Source: Vitrella brassicaformis CCMP3155 (lineage: Eukaryota; Protista; Chromerida). Taken from it: a stretch of DNA of 64,000 nucleotides. A program made the position numbers and the translations under genes. Of the stretch, positions 24,085 to 35,476 are shown one piece after another. Below the pieces are notes generated by a model that saw nothing but the letters and a program-made list of their open reading frames with translations, was not told where the DNA came from and made no database searches. The DNA lies in contig CDMY01000620.1 in the NCBI GenBank assembly GCA_001179505.1, positions 4,844-68,843 on the forward strand, read 5' to 3'. Each line of letters opens with the position of its first letter. Within the stretch, counting starts at the first letter, position 1.

Positions 24085-25440
24085 CAAGTCTCCCGTCAAG
24101 CACACAACAACATCACCAAGGCATCCGCAGGCCAATGCGCTGATCGAACGCTTTAACCGTACCTTGTGAAGGATTGGATACGTCCGTATCTCAGCAAGGA
24201 GCAAACGAACTGGGACAGAGTGATTCCCTTGGCCTTGTACGCGTATCGTACGACGGAGCATGAGTCCACAGGATTCACGCCATTCAAGATGCTGTACGGC
24301 CGAGAAGCGGTGCATCCGAGCAGCACGGCAAGGCTTGTCGCGATGAATGCAGAGCCAATCGACGTCGAGGAAGCCGTCGAGCTGATAAAAGAGGGTCTTC
24401 AAGCGGTCCACAAGAAAGCTCGTGAGACGATGAGCAAGAAGAAGCAGCAGGCTACTGAGCGCGAGAAGCATTTGCCTGCACCAAGGCAATTCCAGGAAGG
24501 AGACAGAGTGCGCATATACAATGACCAAGTGCATAAGTGTCTCAGCAAGAAGCTGGCCTCACCTTGGCGGACAGTCGGCATCGTTCAGGAGAAGAAAGGA
24601 CCAGTTACCTACAAGGTCCGTGTGTGTGGCGATCAAAAGGCGAGGAGCATCAATGTCGATCGGCTGAAGAGAGCACCACCACCAGAAGACGAGGAAGCGC
24701 CACCACCAGAAGACGAGATCGAAGTGACGGAAGGCGACCTGAAGAGGGACAAAAGGCAGACAGTCTTCAATCAGCACGCATTCTTGTCGCCTGAGCAAGA
24801 GCATACCTTGAAGGATTTTTCCCTCGAGGAAGACCACGTGCCGACAGCCCGAACGCAGAGAGCATCAGAGGCCACATTTGACCCGATGGCACATGACCCG
24901 AGCCTCAGAGACGTCCAACCAGACCAGCGATTTGGGCGTGGCGAGCGGCACGAAGTCGAACAGGTCATCGGCAAGAGGACGCACCACGGCAAGGTGCAGT
25001 ACAAACTCAAATGGCGCTGGTATCCGCTCTCGCACGCAACCTGGGAAGACGAAGAGATTCTCACTTGCACAGAACTCGTACAGGAATACGAAAACAGTGA
25101 CAACGTGCCTGACCTGGACGAGCATGCTTCGCTCTTTCCCGCGTTGTACAGTGTGGTGAGAGTCCGCCATGTAAAGGAGCTCAATCGCGAGCACACCGTC
25201 AAGGTGACGGGGTTGGACAAGGAAGGCATACAGATACAATACCTGAAGGAATCGACGCGCACAAAGAGACTAAAGAAGAAGAGTCTCGTAGGACGGAAGC
25301 GGACCATTCCTTTGGCTAGCTTCCTTCGGAATTACCAATGGGAGAGAGAGTGTGACGATCCAGCTGTGCCTGCTCCATTTGGCGGCACAGCATGGCAACC
25401 GATCAGAGTGCATGGACTGACGAGTTCCCAGCGCTCTTGA
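24085..25440 (+). mobile_element. Ty3/Gypsy (chromovirus-like) pol 3' remnant: integrase C-half plus chromodomain
   Basis: HPQANALIERFNRTL, a frameshift, then NWDRVIPLALYAYRTTEHESTGFTPFKMLYGRE. Chromodomain EVEQVIGKRTHHGKVQYKLKW..YPLSHATWEDEE. Confidence 0.9.
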
Positions 25441-25506
25441 AACGCTACCTGAGGGATGACAACAGCAGCAGCCACAGCATCCTTCTCTCTATGTGCATGA
25501 ATGTGT

Positions 25507-25600
25507 GGGGGGGGTGTGTTACGTGTGTGTGCGTGTGTGTGTGTGTACCTGTGTTGCTGCTGAGGGTGCGTGACTACATGACTGCATGATTACATGATTG
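25507..25600 (+). mobile_element. Probable polypurine tract and start of the 3' LTR (TGTTACG at 25517); LTR end not located
   Basis: A G8 run followed by TG TGTTACG lies 70-80 bp after the pol stop codon. Confidence 0.45.
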
Positions 25601-26906
25601 CATGAGCCTGGCTGCGTTTCCTTGAAGGTGTAACTTTAGACACGTCATCGTCACGCAGCCAGAGATAGAAAGGGAAAAAGGGAGAGAGAGAATTCGAAGC
25701 AAGAGGCGCATGGGTCCAGGGGATCGGCTATCGGCTGTGCCGCGCCCCGGATCCTGCATGCACCTCTGCGGGGAAAGCGATACGTGTTCATGTATGTGTT
25801 CATGTCCGTGTACGTGTTCGTGTACGTGTTTGTGCATGTCCGTGTATGTGCTTACGTGTCATGTGGGTGAGCACGCTCAGGAGATGACAGTGGCAGCCAA
25901 ATCAAGCCACACGTGCGGTCGGATAGAGGCAGTCCGACTGTGGCCACGAGAGAGATTCGGTGTGCCAACCATGTCAGTCAGCATAATGGGAGAAGGGAAG
26001 AGAAGAAGAGCGGCACTCCTTTGGGGTCGTCGGTGATCTGACGCGCGATTTCAGACCACTTCGTCTCGGTGCTGGATCCGCGTCTGCTGCTGGGATGCTA
26101 CTTCGCCTCGGTAGCATGAAGCTCGCCCAGGCATCCCTTTGATCACCTCCCCTTGGTGCTGCATCGCTTGGACGCTCTGTCCTTGATGCCATTGCGTTGG
26201 ACAGGCTTGTAGGCACTCGAATAACAAGACGAATGTGAATCCCAGCTCCGAAGAGCCCTGAAACGACAGACAGACAGACAGAGGGCGACTTGAGCGCACA
26301 GATCTCCTGACAATGTGACTGGTGGTGCTCACCTTATGTGTTGTTGTTGAGATGGCGATGCGATGATGCTAGAAGGTGCAGGCAGAGAAGACTGTGTGTT
26401 TGTTCTCGTCGCCTCGCTGAACAGCAGAGTCGCCGTCGTGTTTTTGCATGATGAGGGGTAGTGAGTCACCACAATGGGTTTCTGTGAGGCTACGTACCCG
26501 AGAGGTAGCTGAGGGATATCATCAGAAGGCGAATTGGTTTTGGTTGGTTATTGGGTTTAACGAGACTCGTGAAGCCGTCCGGTATGGCCCACCCCAATGT
26601 CGGTTTGACAGCCTGTCAAGCCGACATTGGGGTGGGCCACCCGTTGCCTCACTCAAAGGTCGGCTGGATGGACCATACATAGGGTAATGACCCACCACCC
26701 ACCCTCATCTCGTGGCCAGCCTGGCCAGGATCACGGCCGTCTCTCGAGGGAAGCAACAGGTTGTCTGCATGCAGTGATGCAGTGATTCACCAGTGAATGA
26801 ATTGATTCACAATGATCCATCATTGATTGACTCATTGCTTGATCACATGAATTCCCATCATCATTCTCATCGCAAAACGGACTTTTGCCTTAGGGTATAA
26901 ACGGAA

Positions 26907-27758
26907 AATGCATTCACGCAAGGAACATGCATGCGAAGAGTCTTCCATGCACACCACATGGAAATGAGTCAGTCAGAGAATCCATCCCTCTCATCGTCCA
27001 CATCATCGTGACCAGAACTTCGCCCAGCACTGGGTCACAGAGACCCTCGTCGGCTGGAGGGGCGAGAACTTCAAGCATGACGTCACCCATCTCGCGATTG
27101 CTGATGGCGCACATCGTGTCGTCGCGTTGCTGGTGATTTTGTACCGCTACATCATCTACGAGATCCCTCTCCCCGCCCCGGTCAAGACCTTCTACAAGCA
27201 GGGCCTCCTCATCGAGATCCGACCATTCCAGAGCAAGGACGAGGCAGAGCTCTTCAACGAAGGTCAGAGGGGGGGCCACCTTGACCGCAGAGTGGGCCGG
27301 CGGTCAGACGAAACATACCTTCCCTGGTTTGCCGCTGGGACATCTGTATGAGTTGGTTAATGAGTGGACAAATGAACCGGGAGCACTCTGCGGCATCAGA
27401 GAGGCGAGCACCACCCCACCTCAGGCCATCTGTCCATTGCATGGTCGTTGCTTGTTGTGTCCGCCGTTCAGGTCGGTTGTACGCAGCCGAGAAGAAGATG
27501 CACAGGACCGCCCTGCAGCAGAAGTCTCTGTGGAAGAAGCAGCTCAGCCGCTTTCTGACAGTGGGCGGTCAGGAGGGGTGGACAACGACACACACCAGCG
27601 GCAAGTACGCCGGCCAGCCGCACAGACAACGGAGGCCGACGAGGGCCTCTGGTCACGATGATGTGGACGATGAGAGGGATGGATTCTCTGACCGACTCAT
27701 TTCCATGTGCATGTGCATGGAAGACTCTTCGCATGCATGTTCCTTGCGTGAATGCATT
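26907..27758. mobile_element. ~850-bp non-autonomous TIR element (110-bp TIRs) carrying coding-like fragments
   Basis: 26907-27016 is the reverse complement of 27648-27758. The interior reads HLAIADGAHRVVALLVILYRYIIYEIPLP... and LYAAEKKMHRTALQQK.... No TSD seen. Confidence 0.7.
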
Positions 27759-27759
27759 G

Positions 27760-28554
27760 TGCATACGTTCAGTCATCGAGGAGAAACGCATGGGGTTTCT
27801 CATCCTTTTGAGGTGTTTTTCACACAGGTAGCTTCTGTTTGTCTCAATCTTCCCCCTCCCCCCCATCATTTATCGAAAGGTGAGAGGTCTGCAAAAAAGA
27901 CTGCCACTTGGGACGTGCGCGACACCAAAATAAACAAAGGCAGGCACAGGGCGTGGCAGGTAGGAAAAGGCGATTCGAAGGGAGGCGTGAAGAGAAGCAT
28001 GAAGGGAGACAGACTGAGATAGAGGGAGGGACGGCCAGGAAACAATATGAATGCTACACCACCGACCGGTATCCCACCGCCACTGGTGCGACACAAGCAA
28101 GGGCGGGGAGCGGCGGACCGGCTCCAACAGACCTTTAGCAGTAGTCAGACATCTCTTGCACTTCTATCCTTCTGACCCATATTTAGCTGACCCGCTCAAC
28201 ATGCCCTGTACGCTGTATAGACACTCACTGCATTCCCATCAGTCGACATATCAATTGACAATAAAACACGCAAGGACACACACAAGCATGGGCACGACAA
28301 GAGCTTTGTGCTCACATGCTATGGATGCACGGATCAATGGCGCACACACATGAATGCGGGAAGACCCGCATACCGGAGCACAAATGTGGGAGCATATGTG
28401 TGTAAGCTGAAATACTGCGTCGCGGCCATCAGCACGGTGAGAGAAGGCGGCAATGCGGTCAAAGAAACACCAACACGCCTGCCAGACATACACAGGAGCG
28501 CTCAGACGAGTAGATCTGTGTGCCGGAATCCTGCGTGACGGTCGACGCGCTCTC
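27760..28554 (-). repeat. Uninterrupted copy of repeat family B
   Basis: Equals the reverse complement of (6340-7059 + 10740-10990). Confidence 0.8.
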
Positions 28555-29418
28555 CACGACAAGGCAAGGTCTGGGCGAAAAGCTGCATGGCGAGCTAAAA
28601 AGCTGGCGATCTGCCCGAGAAGATAGCTTCCGCTGCAAAAAGCCATCTGCCGCTGCAGAAAGACATCTCGCCACTCAAAAAGACAGCTTTCCATTGCAGA
28701 AAGCCAGATGGTCCATCAAAAAGACAGCTTTCCGTACAGAAAAACAGCTTTTTGCCACAGAAAGACAGCTTTCTGCCACAGAAGGACAGCTTTCTCGGGC
28801 TCCAGACAGCTCGCTGAGCCAGACAGCTCGCTGAGAATTACCTCTTGAGCAAAGGGTGTCTGAGTGAGTGACTGTCTGAGTGATTGTCTGAGTGTGTGTG
28901 TGAATGAGTGCGTGGTGTGCATGTGTGTGTCGGTTGGCCATGGATGGATCATGTGAATGGACGGCTTGCAGAGACCCTCCATGGCCAGTTGACGCTTCAA
29001 TGCGTGCATGTGTGCGTGTGAGTGTGGTGCATTGTAGCAGCTGGTGCCTCGAGAGGCAGGCAGCCGTCAGACTGATCAGCGTGCTGTAACGCCCGCCGGA
29101 AAGCTGTCACGCCCATCGGAGAGATGTCACGCCCGCCGGAAAGCTGTCTTTCTGCCTCAGCGAGCTGTCTGGAGCCCGAGAAAGCTGTCTTTCTGTGCAG
29201 AAAGCTGTCTTTCTGTGGCAGAAAGCTGTCTTTCTGTACGGAAAGCTGTCTTTTTGATGGACCATCTGACTTTCTGCAATGGAAAGCTGTCTTTTTGAGT
29301 GGCGAGATGTCTTTCTGCAGCGGCAGATGGCTTTTTGCAGCGGAAGCCATCTTCTCGGGCAGATCGCCAGCTTTTTAGCTCGCCATGCAGCTTTTCGCCC
29401 AGACCTTGCCTTGTCGTG
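28555..29418. mobile_element. 864-bp MITE with CACGAC...GTCGTG termini, ~270-bp TIRs made of ~21-bp AGAAAGACAGCTTT subrepeats, and 2-bp TC TSD (CMC/CACTA-like)
   Basis: 28555 to about 28825 is the reverse complement of about 29155-29418. TC flanks both ends. Confidence 0.8.
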
Positions 29419-29998
29419 TCCCTTTGGTTCATGTGAAAGGCGATGAGTCAAAAGATTTCTGCGCCTCCCCATGAGTGCGTCCACCCCTTGGAGGCTCCCA
29501 GTTACTCACCTGACTACACAGAGATATTGCCGAGAGAGGCAGTCAGCGATAAATGTGGCGCCGTCGATATATGTGTTCAGTTGCCGAGTGGCGAGCTCTG
29601 CACAGTGACCCTTGGCAGCAAAGTTTCTAGTTGCTCTTGCGTGGTGGTTTTGGACCACGCAATGCCACTTGCCACCGGGGTCGTCTGAACGCCGCCACAT
29701 CGTCGAACCAAGACGTCTCACCACCGAAAGCAAACTCCAGAGAGCGTGTATCCCACTCTTCCACAACCACGCAGGTGCCACGTCTGTGTACCACGCAGTG
29801 CAATGCAGCTCAAAATTGTAGATGTGCATGATAGCCCTCATTAACTGATTCACGCACGTGTGCTAGAATGAGGAAGAAAGGGACGAGGGCTGTCGTGTGC
29901 ATCCCCCGGCCTAACTGCCGCCGGGGTTTCGAATTCTATGGGCTAAGGGCCGGTAAGCCCGTTCCGTCCGCGTGTATATGTGGAGGTGTGGATTTGAT

Positions 29999-31720
29999 AT
30001 GAAGGCGCTGATAGTGCTGCTCGTCGCCTTGCCCCTCATCTCAGGACAGGTCTGCCGTACCCTTCGTCGGGTGGTCGATATTGCTGGTTTTCTTATCTTC
30101 AGACAATTTCGACAGACAACGTGACGACTTCCGACAATTTCAGCACTGTGACGACATTTGACGACATTCACACGACAGATGAGGGGTACTATATGAATGG
30201 GGACAAGTGCTTTTGTCCGGGCCTCGGAGGCTCTTGTTATGGCGAGTGTGGGCGCAAATATGACGCTGCAGAAGTGGCCAGTGTTGAGGCCTTCAAATAT
30301 GGACGCTTTGAAACGCGCCTGTTCCCGAGTATAGAGGTTGACGGCACTGTGGCCACGTTCTTCCTCTTCAAGAACGACACGACAAGGTGGAGGGGGCGTC
30401 CTGGCAAGAGATGGATTTCGAGGTCCACGGTATGGGGGCGCACAAAGATGAGCCCATCCAGACTAACGTGATAACGGGCACCATGGAGGAGCGCAGTATG
30501 TCTCAGAAGTTTTTCGCCGCACCCGGTAGGCCAGGACGGAAAGCGGCACAAACGAAAGCTATCAAAAGAGGATTCCACCACTTTGCTGTCGAGTGGACGC
30601 CCGATCATGTCTCATGGTATTTTGATGAGCGACGCATGCGTCGTGTCGTCTCTTGCGATGCTCCCGGAGCAGACGCGGAAGAGTGCAGCCCTGAAGTGTC
30701 ACAGCTCAACGGGGCAGCTAATCTTAGGATGTCCTTGTGGCCAGTTGATCCGTCGCTCAAGTGGGCCGGGCATTGGGCCGGAGTATTCGATGAGAAACAT
30801 ACTAAGCTTCCGCTCACCGTGTACTACGACTACGTGAAGGTGTATGACTATGATCTCATTTCCAAGGGTCGGGAAGGAGGAAGGGAAAGAGAGAACATGG
30901 TGATCATTCGCTTCTGTCTGTCTGTATGATGGTAATCCCTCAGGGTTCCTTGAAGTGGGCTGATGACTTCACTTCGTTCAACAGCTCTCGGTGGGAGGCA
31001 GGCAGACACACATTTAGCAACAACTACGCCCATTTCCGTCCCGACAAAGCCATCATTGTCAAGGGAGATGATGTGAATGCGTCATACCTTGCCCTCTCTC
31101 TTACACCAGCCAATGCCAGCATCGTGGTCCCGGTTCCTCGGGACACCAAGCGCAACCGCTACGAACTCAACAATGCCTGCGAAGCTGGCACGACCGTCGT
31201 GTGGCAAAAAGGGCTGCGCTATGAAGGCGGCATTCTCTCATTCGCAATGCACGTTCCGGCCGATGATGGCCTAGTCCAGTGTGCTGTCGCCTGCGCGAAG
31301 ACAGTAGGGTGTCGCGTATTTTCTGTGTACGAAAGAGGCTATTGCAGTGGCTTCATGTCTCCCGATCAACAAGTCCAGGACGAGAGAGCCGATGCAGGAT
31401 TCATCTGCATGGACGGTGAGCCAGCGGACGATCGTGTTTTCCGTCACCTTCGGGATACCCATCATGGGGCACACTCAGCAGAAGAAGCCCTTGCGAGGAA
31501 TGGGACAGGGGACACACAACATGATGACGTCTCCGACGCCGACATGATCTGCGATGTGCTTTTTGTACACACGTTGATCACTCACAGAATCACGCCTAGG
31601 GTTTGGTTCTTTCTCTTTTTCTTTTCTGTTTTTCTCGGACCGTCTTTCTTCTCCTTTTTTGGCCGTCTTTGTTTTTCTTCTGGACTGTCTGAGTTGCCGA
31701 ATGAATTCATTATCGCGTGA
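29999..31720 (+). CDS. Secreted circularly permuted GH16 beta-glucanase (lichenase-like) with C-terminal PAN/Apple module; one apparent frameshift near 30385; 3' end uncertain
   Basis: Signal peptide MKALIVLLVALPLISG, phase-0 intron 30050-30102, AEVASVEAFKYGRFETRL, catalytic QEMDFE (ExDxE), FHHFAVEWTPDHVSW and YDYVKVYDY. The WADDFTSFNSSRW...LALSLT segment follows the core, then QCAVACAKTVGCRVFSVYERGYC. Confidence 0.85.
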
Positions 31721-31959
31721 AACGGACTTTTTCTCATGATAAAACAGACTTCTTGCCAGCGTCGGGCAAGCCTTGAGAGGCCTTACGGCCCTCTTGATCG
31801 AATGCGACACATTTGCAGTGAAGTGCTTGTGCGAAAAAAAAAGACGCGAGCACAAAACACTTCGCCATTCCGCAGGGCGTCAGTCGAGTCACATAAATGT
31901 GTGCTTGCATGTCAGTCAAGCAATGAATTGATTCCATTCATTCATTCATCCAGTGAATC

Positions 31960-34900
31960 AATTCGCTTTCTTGGCAAACGGACTTTTTCTCAGCGTGAAA
32001 CGGACTTCTGTGCTATGTGATACATGTAGAACTCATCGAACGACGCGTGAAGGTGCATTCCCGCAACACATGAATGCGGTCAGTACAGGGCTGATTGGTT
32101 AGACTTTTGGTTGGTATATACTCGCAAACGAGTGAGTGGTCTATCTTCTCCTTCTTTCATGCTGGGGATCTCGCCGTGAATGACTCACTGGGGCCGTTTT
32201 CCATCACATTGACTCTCTTTCCCCCGCTCAGAACGACTCTGAAACGACGAAAAACCAGCCATTCACTCACTCATATGGGTGCGAGTGGCTGCGAAGCCCT
32301 TTGGTGTCTCCGTGTCTGACTCACCGTTGATCTCCACAAACCAGTTTGCATGCCAGTGGGCCCATGACGGCACAAAAGGCATGAACAGCAGGCATCACAG
32401 CAAGCAAATCACATATTAATCATGCCGCCCCGCCGCCTGCAGCGTGAATGCATCAGTCGAAATGATCATCAAATCGCGTCGCTCGCGCGATGGGTGGATG
32501 GATGGATGGGTGGTTGGGTGGGTGAGCCATTGGGTGTAAGGGGAGGGGAGCGAAAGGCAGGGGAGGGAGACATCAGCCCCGCACAAAGGTGTGGGCTGGA
32601 TGAATATCATCAGATGCCTCAGATGACTCAACTGACCATCCTGTGATTCACCAATGGGCCTTTGCTGCCTTTCAAGCGCGAAGCAGCTGCTCTTCCGTTT
32701 ATGTCATCGTGGCTCAAGCTCGGTGCAAACTCGCCTTTTTGGTCGCAAATCGCTTGCCGAGGTTGAGTCATCTTCTGACAATCAAAATGCCTTTATTTCT
32801 CCATGGAGTCACTCTTTCATCGGTCCGCTCTTCCACAGAGCGGTGCTTCATCGTCTTCCAGTCATTTTGAGCCATGAGTGGTCGGCCCAAATGGCTGATT
32901 TGAGTCTGTTTGTGAGTTGATTGGCTTATGCGGTTCATTTTGCTTGTGAACAGAGTGATCACAGTCACCAATGGGCTGATTGCTTGACAGAAATGATTGC
33001 TTTATGTGGTGATTGCTTTGTCACATGAATGAGACACGCGATAAGCAACCGAGACACGATGAGAATGAGCGATGGTGGTGTGCTGTGCTTCTCTCTGATG
33101 CCGCTCTGTACTCCTCGATCACTCACTCATACATAAACATGCGTATACAGGTGACTGCTTCACTCACTAAGGGAGGGTCGACCCACCTGCTTGCCGGCCC
33201 GGCAAGCAGGTGGGTCGACCCGGCAAGCAGNNNNNNNNNNNNNNNNNNNNNNNNNNNNNNNNNNNNNNNNNNNNNNNNNNNNNNNNNNNNNNNNNNNNNN
33301 NNNNNNNNNNNNNNNNNNNNNNNNNNNNNNNNNNNNNNNNNNNNNNNNNNNNNNNNNNNNNNNNNNNNNNNNNNNNNNNNNNNNNNNNNNNNNNNNNNNN
33401 NNNNNNNNNNNNNNNNNNNNNNNNNNNNNNNNNNNNNNNNNNNNNNNNNNNNNNNNNNNNNNNNNNNNNNNNNNNNNNNNNNNNNNNNNNNNNNNNNNNN
33501 NNNNNNNNNNNNNNNNNNNNNNNNNNNNNNAATGAGACACGCGATAAGCAACCGAGACACGATGAGAATGAGCGATGGTGGTGTGCTGTGCTTCTCTCTG
33601 ATGCCGCTCTGTACTCCTCGATCACTCACTCATACATAAGCATGCGTATACAGGTGACTGCTTCACTCACTAAGGGAGGGTCGACCCACCTGCTTGCCGG
33701 GTCGACCCACCTGCTTGCCGGGCCGGCAAGCAGGTGGGTCGACCCTCCCTTAGTGAGTGAAGCAGTCACCTGTATACGCATGTTTATGTATGAGTGAGTG
33801 ATCGAGGAGTACAGAGCGGCATCAGAGAGAAGCACAGCACACCACCATCGCTCATTCTCATCGTGTCTCGGTTGCTTATCGCGTGTCTCATTCATGTGAC
33901 AAAGCAATCACCACATAAAGCAATCATTTCTGTCAAGCAATCAGCCCATTGGTGACTGTGATCACTCTGTTCACAAGCAAAATGAACCGCATAAGCCAAT
34001 CAACTCACAAACAGACTCAAATCAGCCATTTGGGCCGACCACTCATGGCTCAAAATGACTGGAAGACGATGAAGCACCGCTCTGTGGAAGAGCGGACCGA
34101 TGAAAGAGTGACTCCATGGAGAAATAAAGGCATTTTGATTGTCAGAAGATGACTCAACCTCGGCAAGCGATTTGCGACCAAAAAGGCGAGTTTGGTTTGA
34201 AACGCTCTCACGCGCCTTTTTGGTCGCAAATCGCTTGCCGAGGTTGAGTCACGCTCTCACGCGAGGCAGCAAAGGCCCATTGGTGACTCACAGGATGGTC
34301 CGCTGAGTCATCTGAGGCATCTGATGATATTCATCCAGCCCACACCTTTGTGCGGGGCTGATGTCTCCCTCCCCTGCCTTTCGCTCCCCTCCCCTTACAC
34401 CCAATGGCTCACCCACCCAACCATCCATCCATCCACCCATCGCGCGAGCGACGCGATTTGATGATCATTTCGACTGATGCATTCACGCTGCAGGCGGCGG
34501 GGCGGCATGATTTATGTGATTTGCTTGCTGTGATGCCTGCTGTTCATGCCTTTTGTGCCGTCATGGGCCCACTGGACATCATGTTGATGACTCCTATTCC
34601 ATGCAAACCAGCTTGTGGAGATCAACGGTGAATCAGACTCAGGAGACACTCAGACTCACTGCGAAGGGCCTCGCGGTCACGTCGACAGGCGGATTGAATG
34701 AGTGAGTGAATGGCTGGTCTTTCGTCGTTTCAGAGTGGTTTTGAGCGAGAAAACGGCTCCAGTGAGTCATTCACGGCGAGAAACCCCGCAGAAAACAAGG
34801 AGAAGATAAACCACTCACTCGCTTGCGCGTGCAAACCAACCAATCAGCCCTGTACTGACCGCATTCATGTGTTGCGGGAATGCATCTTCACGCGTCGTTC

Positions 34901-34981
34901 GATGAGTTCTATCACATAGCACAAAAGTCCGTTTCACGCTTTTCACGCTGAGAAAAAGTCCGTTTGCGAAGAAAGCGAATT
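31960..34981. mobile_element. ~3-kb foldback (giant inverted repeat) element with AATC TSD, inserted in repeat family A
   Basis: Arms 31960 to about 33200 and about 33720-34981 are reverse complements over more than 1.2 kb. Termini are AATTCGCTTTCTT / AAGAAAGCGAATT, with AATC at 31956-31959 and 34982-34985. The empty site CAGTGAATCACTG is present at about 11420. Confidence 0.85.
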
Positions 34982-35476
34982 AATCACTGCATCAGTACAG
35001 ACAACCCTCCTCGGTTGCTTCGCTTGGGAGACGGCCGTGATCCTGGCCTGACTGGCCACGAGGTGGCCGGCCATGGTTTTGACGAAAAGGAAAGCCATTA
35101 GCGCTTGCGTGTAATCACAGCGTAGCGAAATGTATCATGCATTGACACAATTGTGCTGATTTAGGTTGGACGGCAACGTCAACTTTCGGTGGCTGGTTCT
35201 CATATTTGACGGAACGCAGAGCGATAACCGCTTGCGTAAAGACAGAGCACACAAAGGAACACTCACACAGAGGCTTGCCTATCAAACGCACCAGAATCCC
35301 GAGAGAAAACAGCCAAGAACCGATTTTCCGGGTTTTTTGCCGCCGTTTTTCGCGCCAACGCGTGAACGGATTTGAAGCTCGAAGCAAACTCGTTCCTCGC
35401 AGTGACCCCCTCCACACATATCCGAAGACAGATGTTGAAATTCGAGACCCCGGCGGTAGGTGGGCCGGGGGATGCA

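Noticed and set aside
23165-24085. 5' LTR of the Gypsy remnant (starts TGTTACG)
   Set aside because: It shares only 7 bp with the putative 3' LTR at 25517, and no PBS or gag was recognised; the His/Asp-rich ORFs here are low complexity.
28520-29432. Repetitive ORFs (KTAFRTE.../ESCLSVA...)
   Set aside because: These are translations of the MITE subterminal tandem repeats.
33025-33720. Extra copy of ~200 bp at the centre of the foldback element
   Set aside because: It flanks a 300-N gap and is probably an assembly overlap, so the true element is likely about 2.5 kb.
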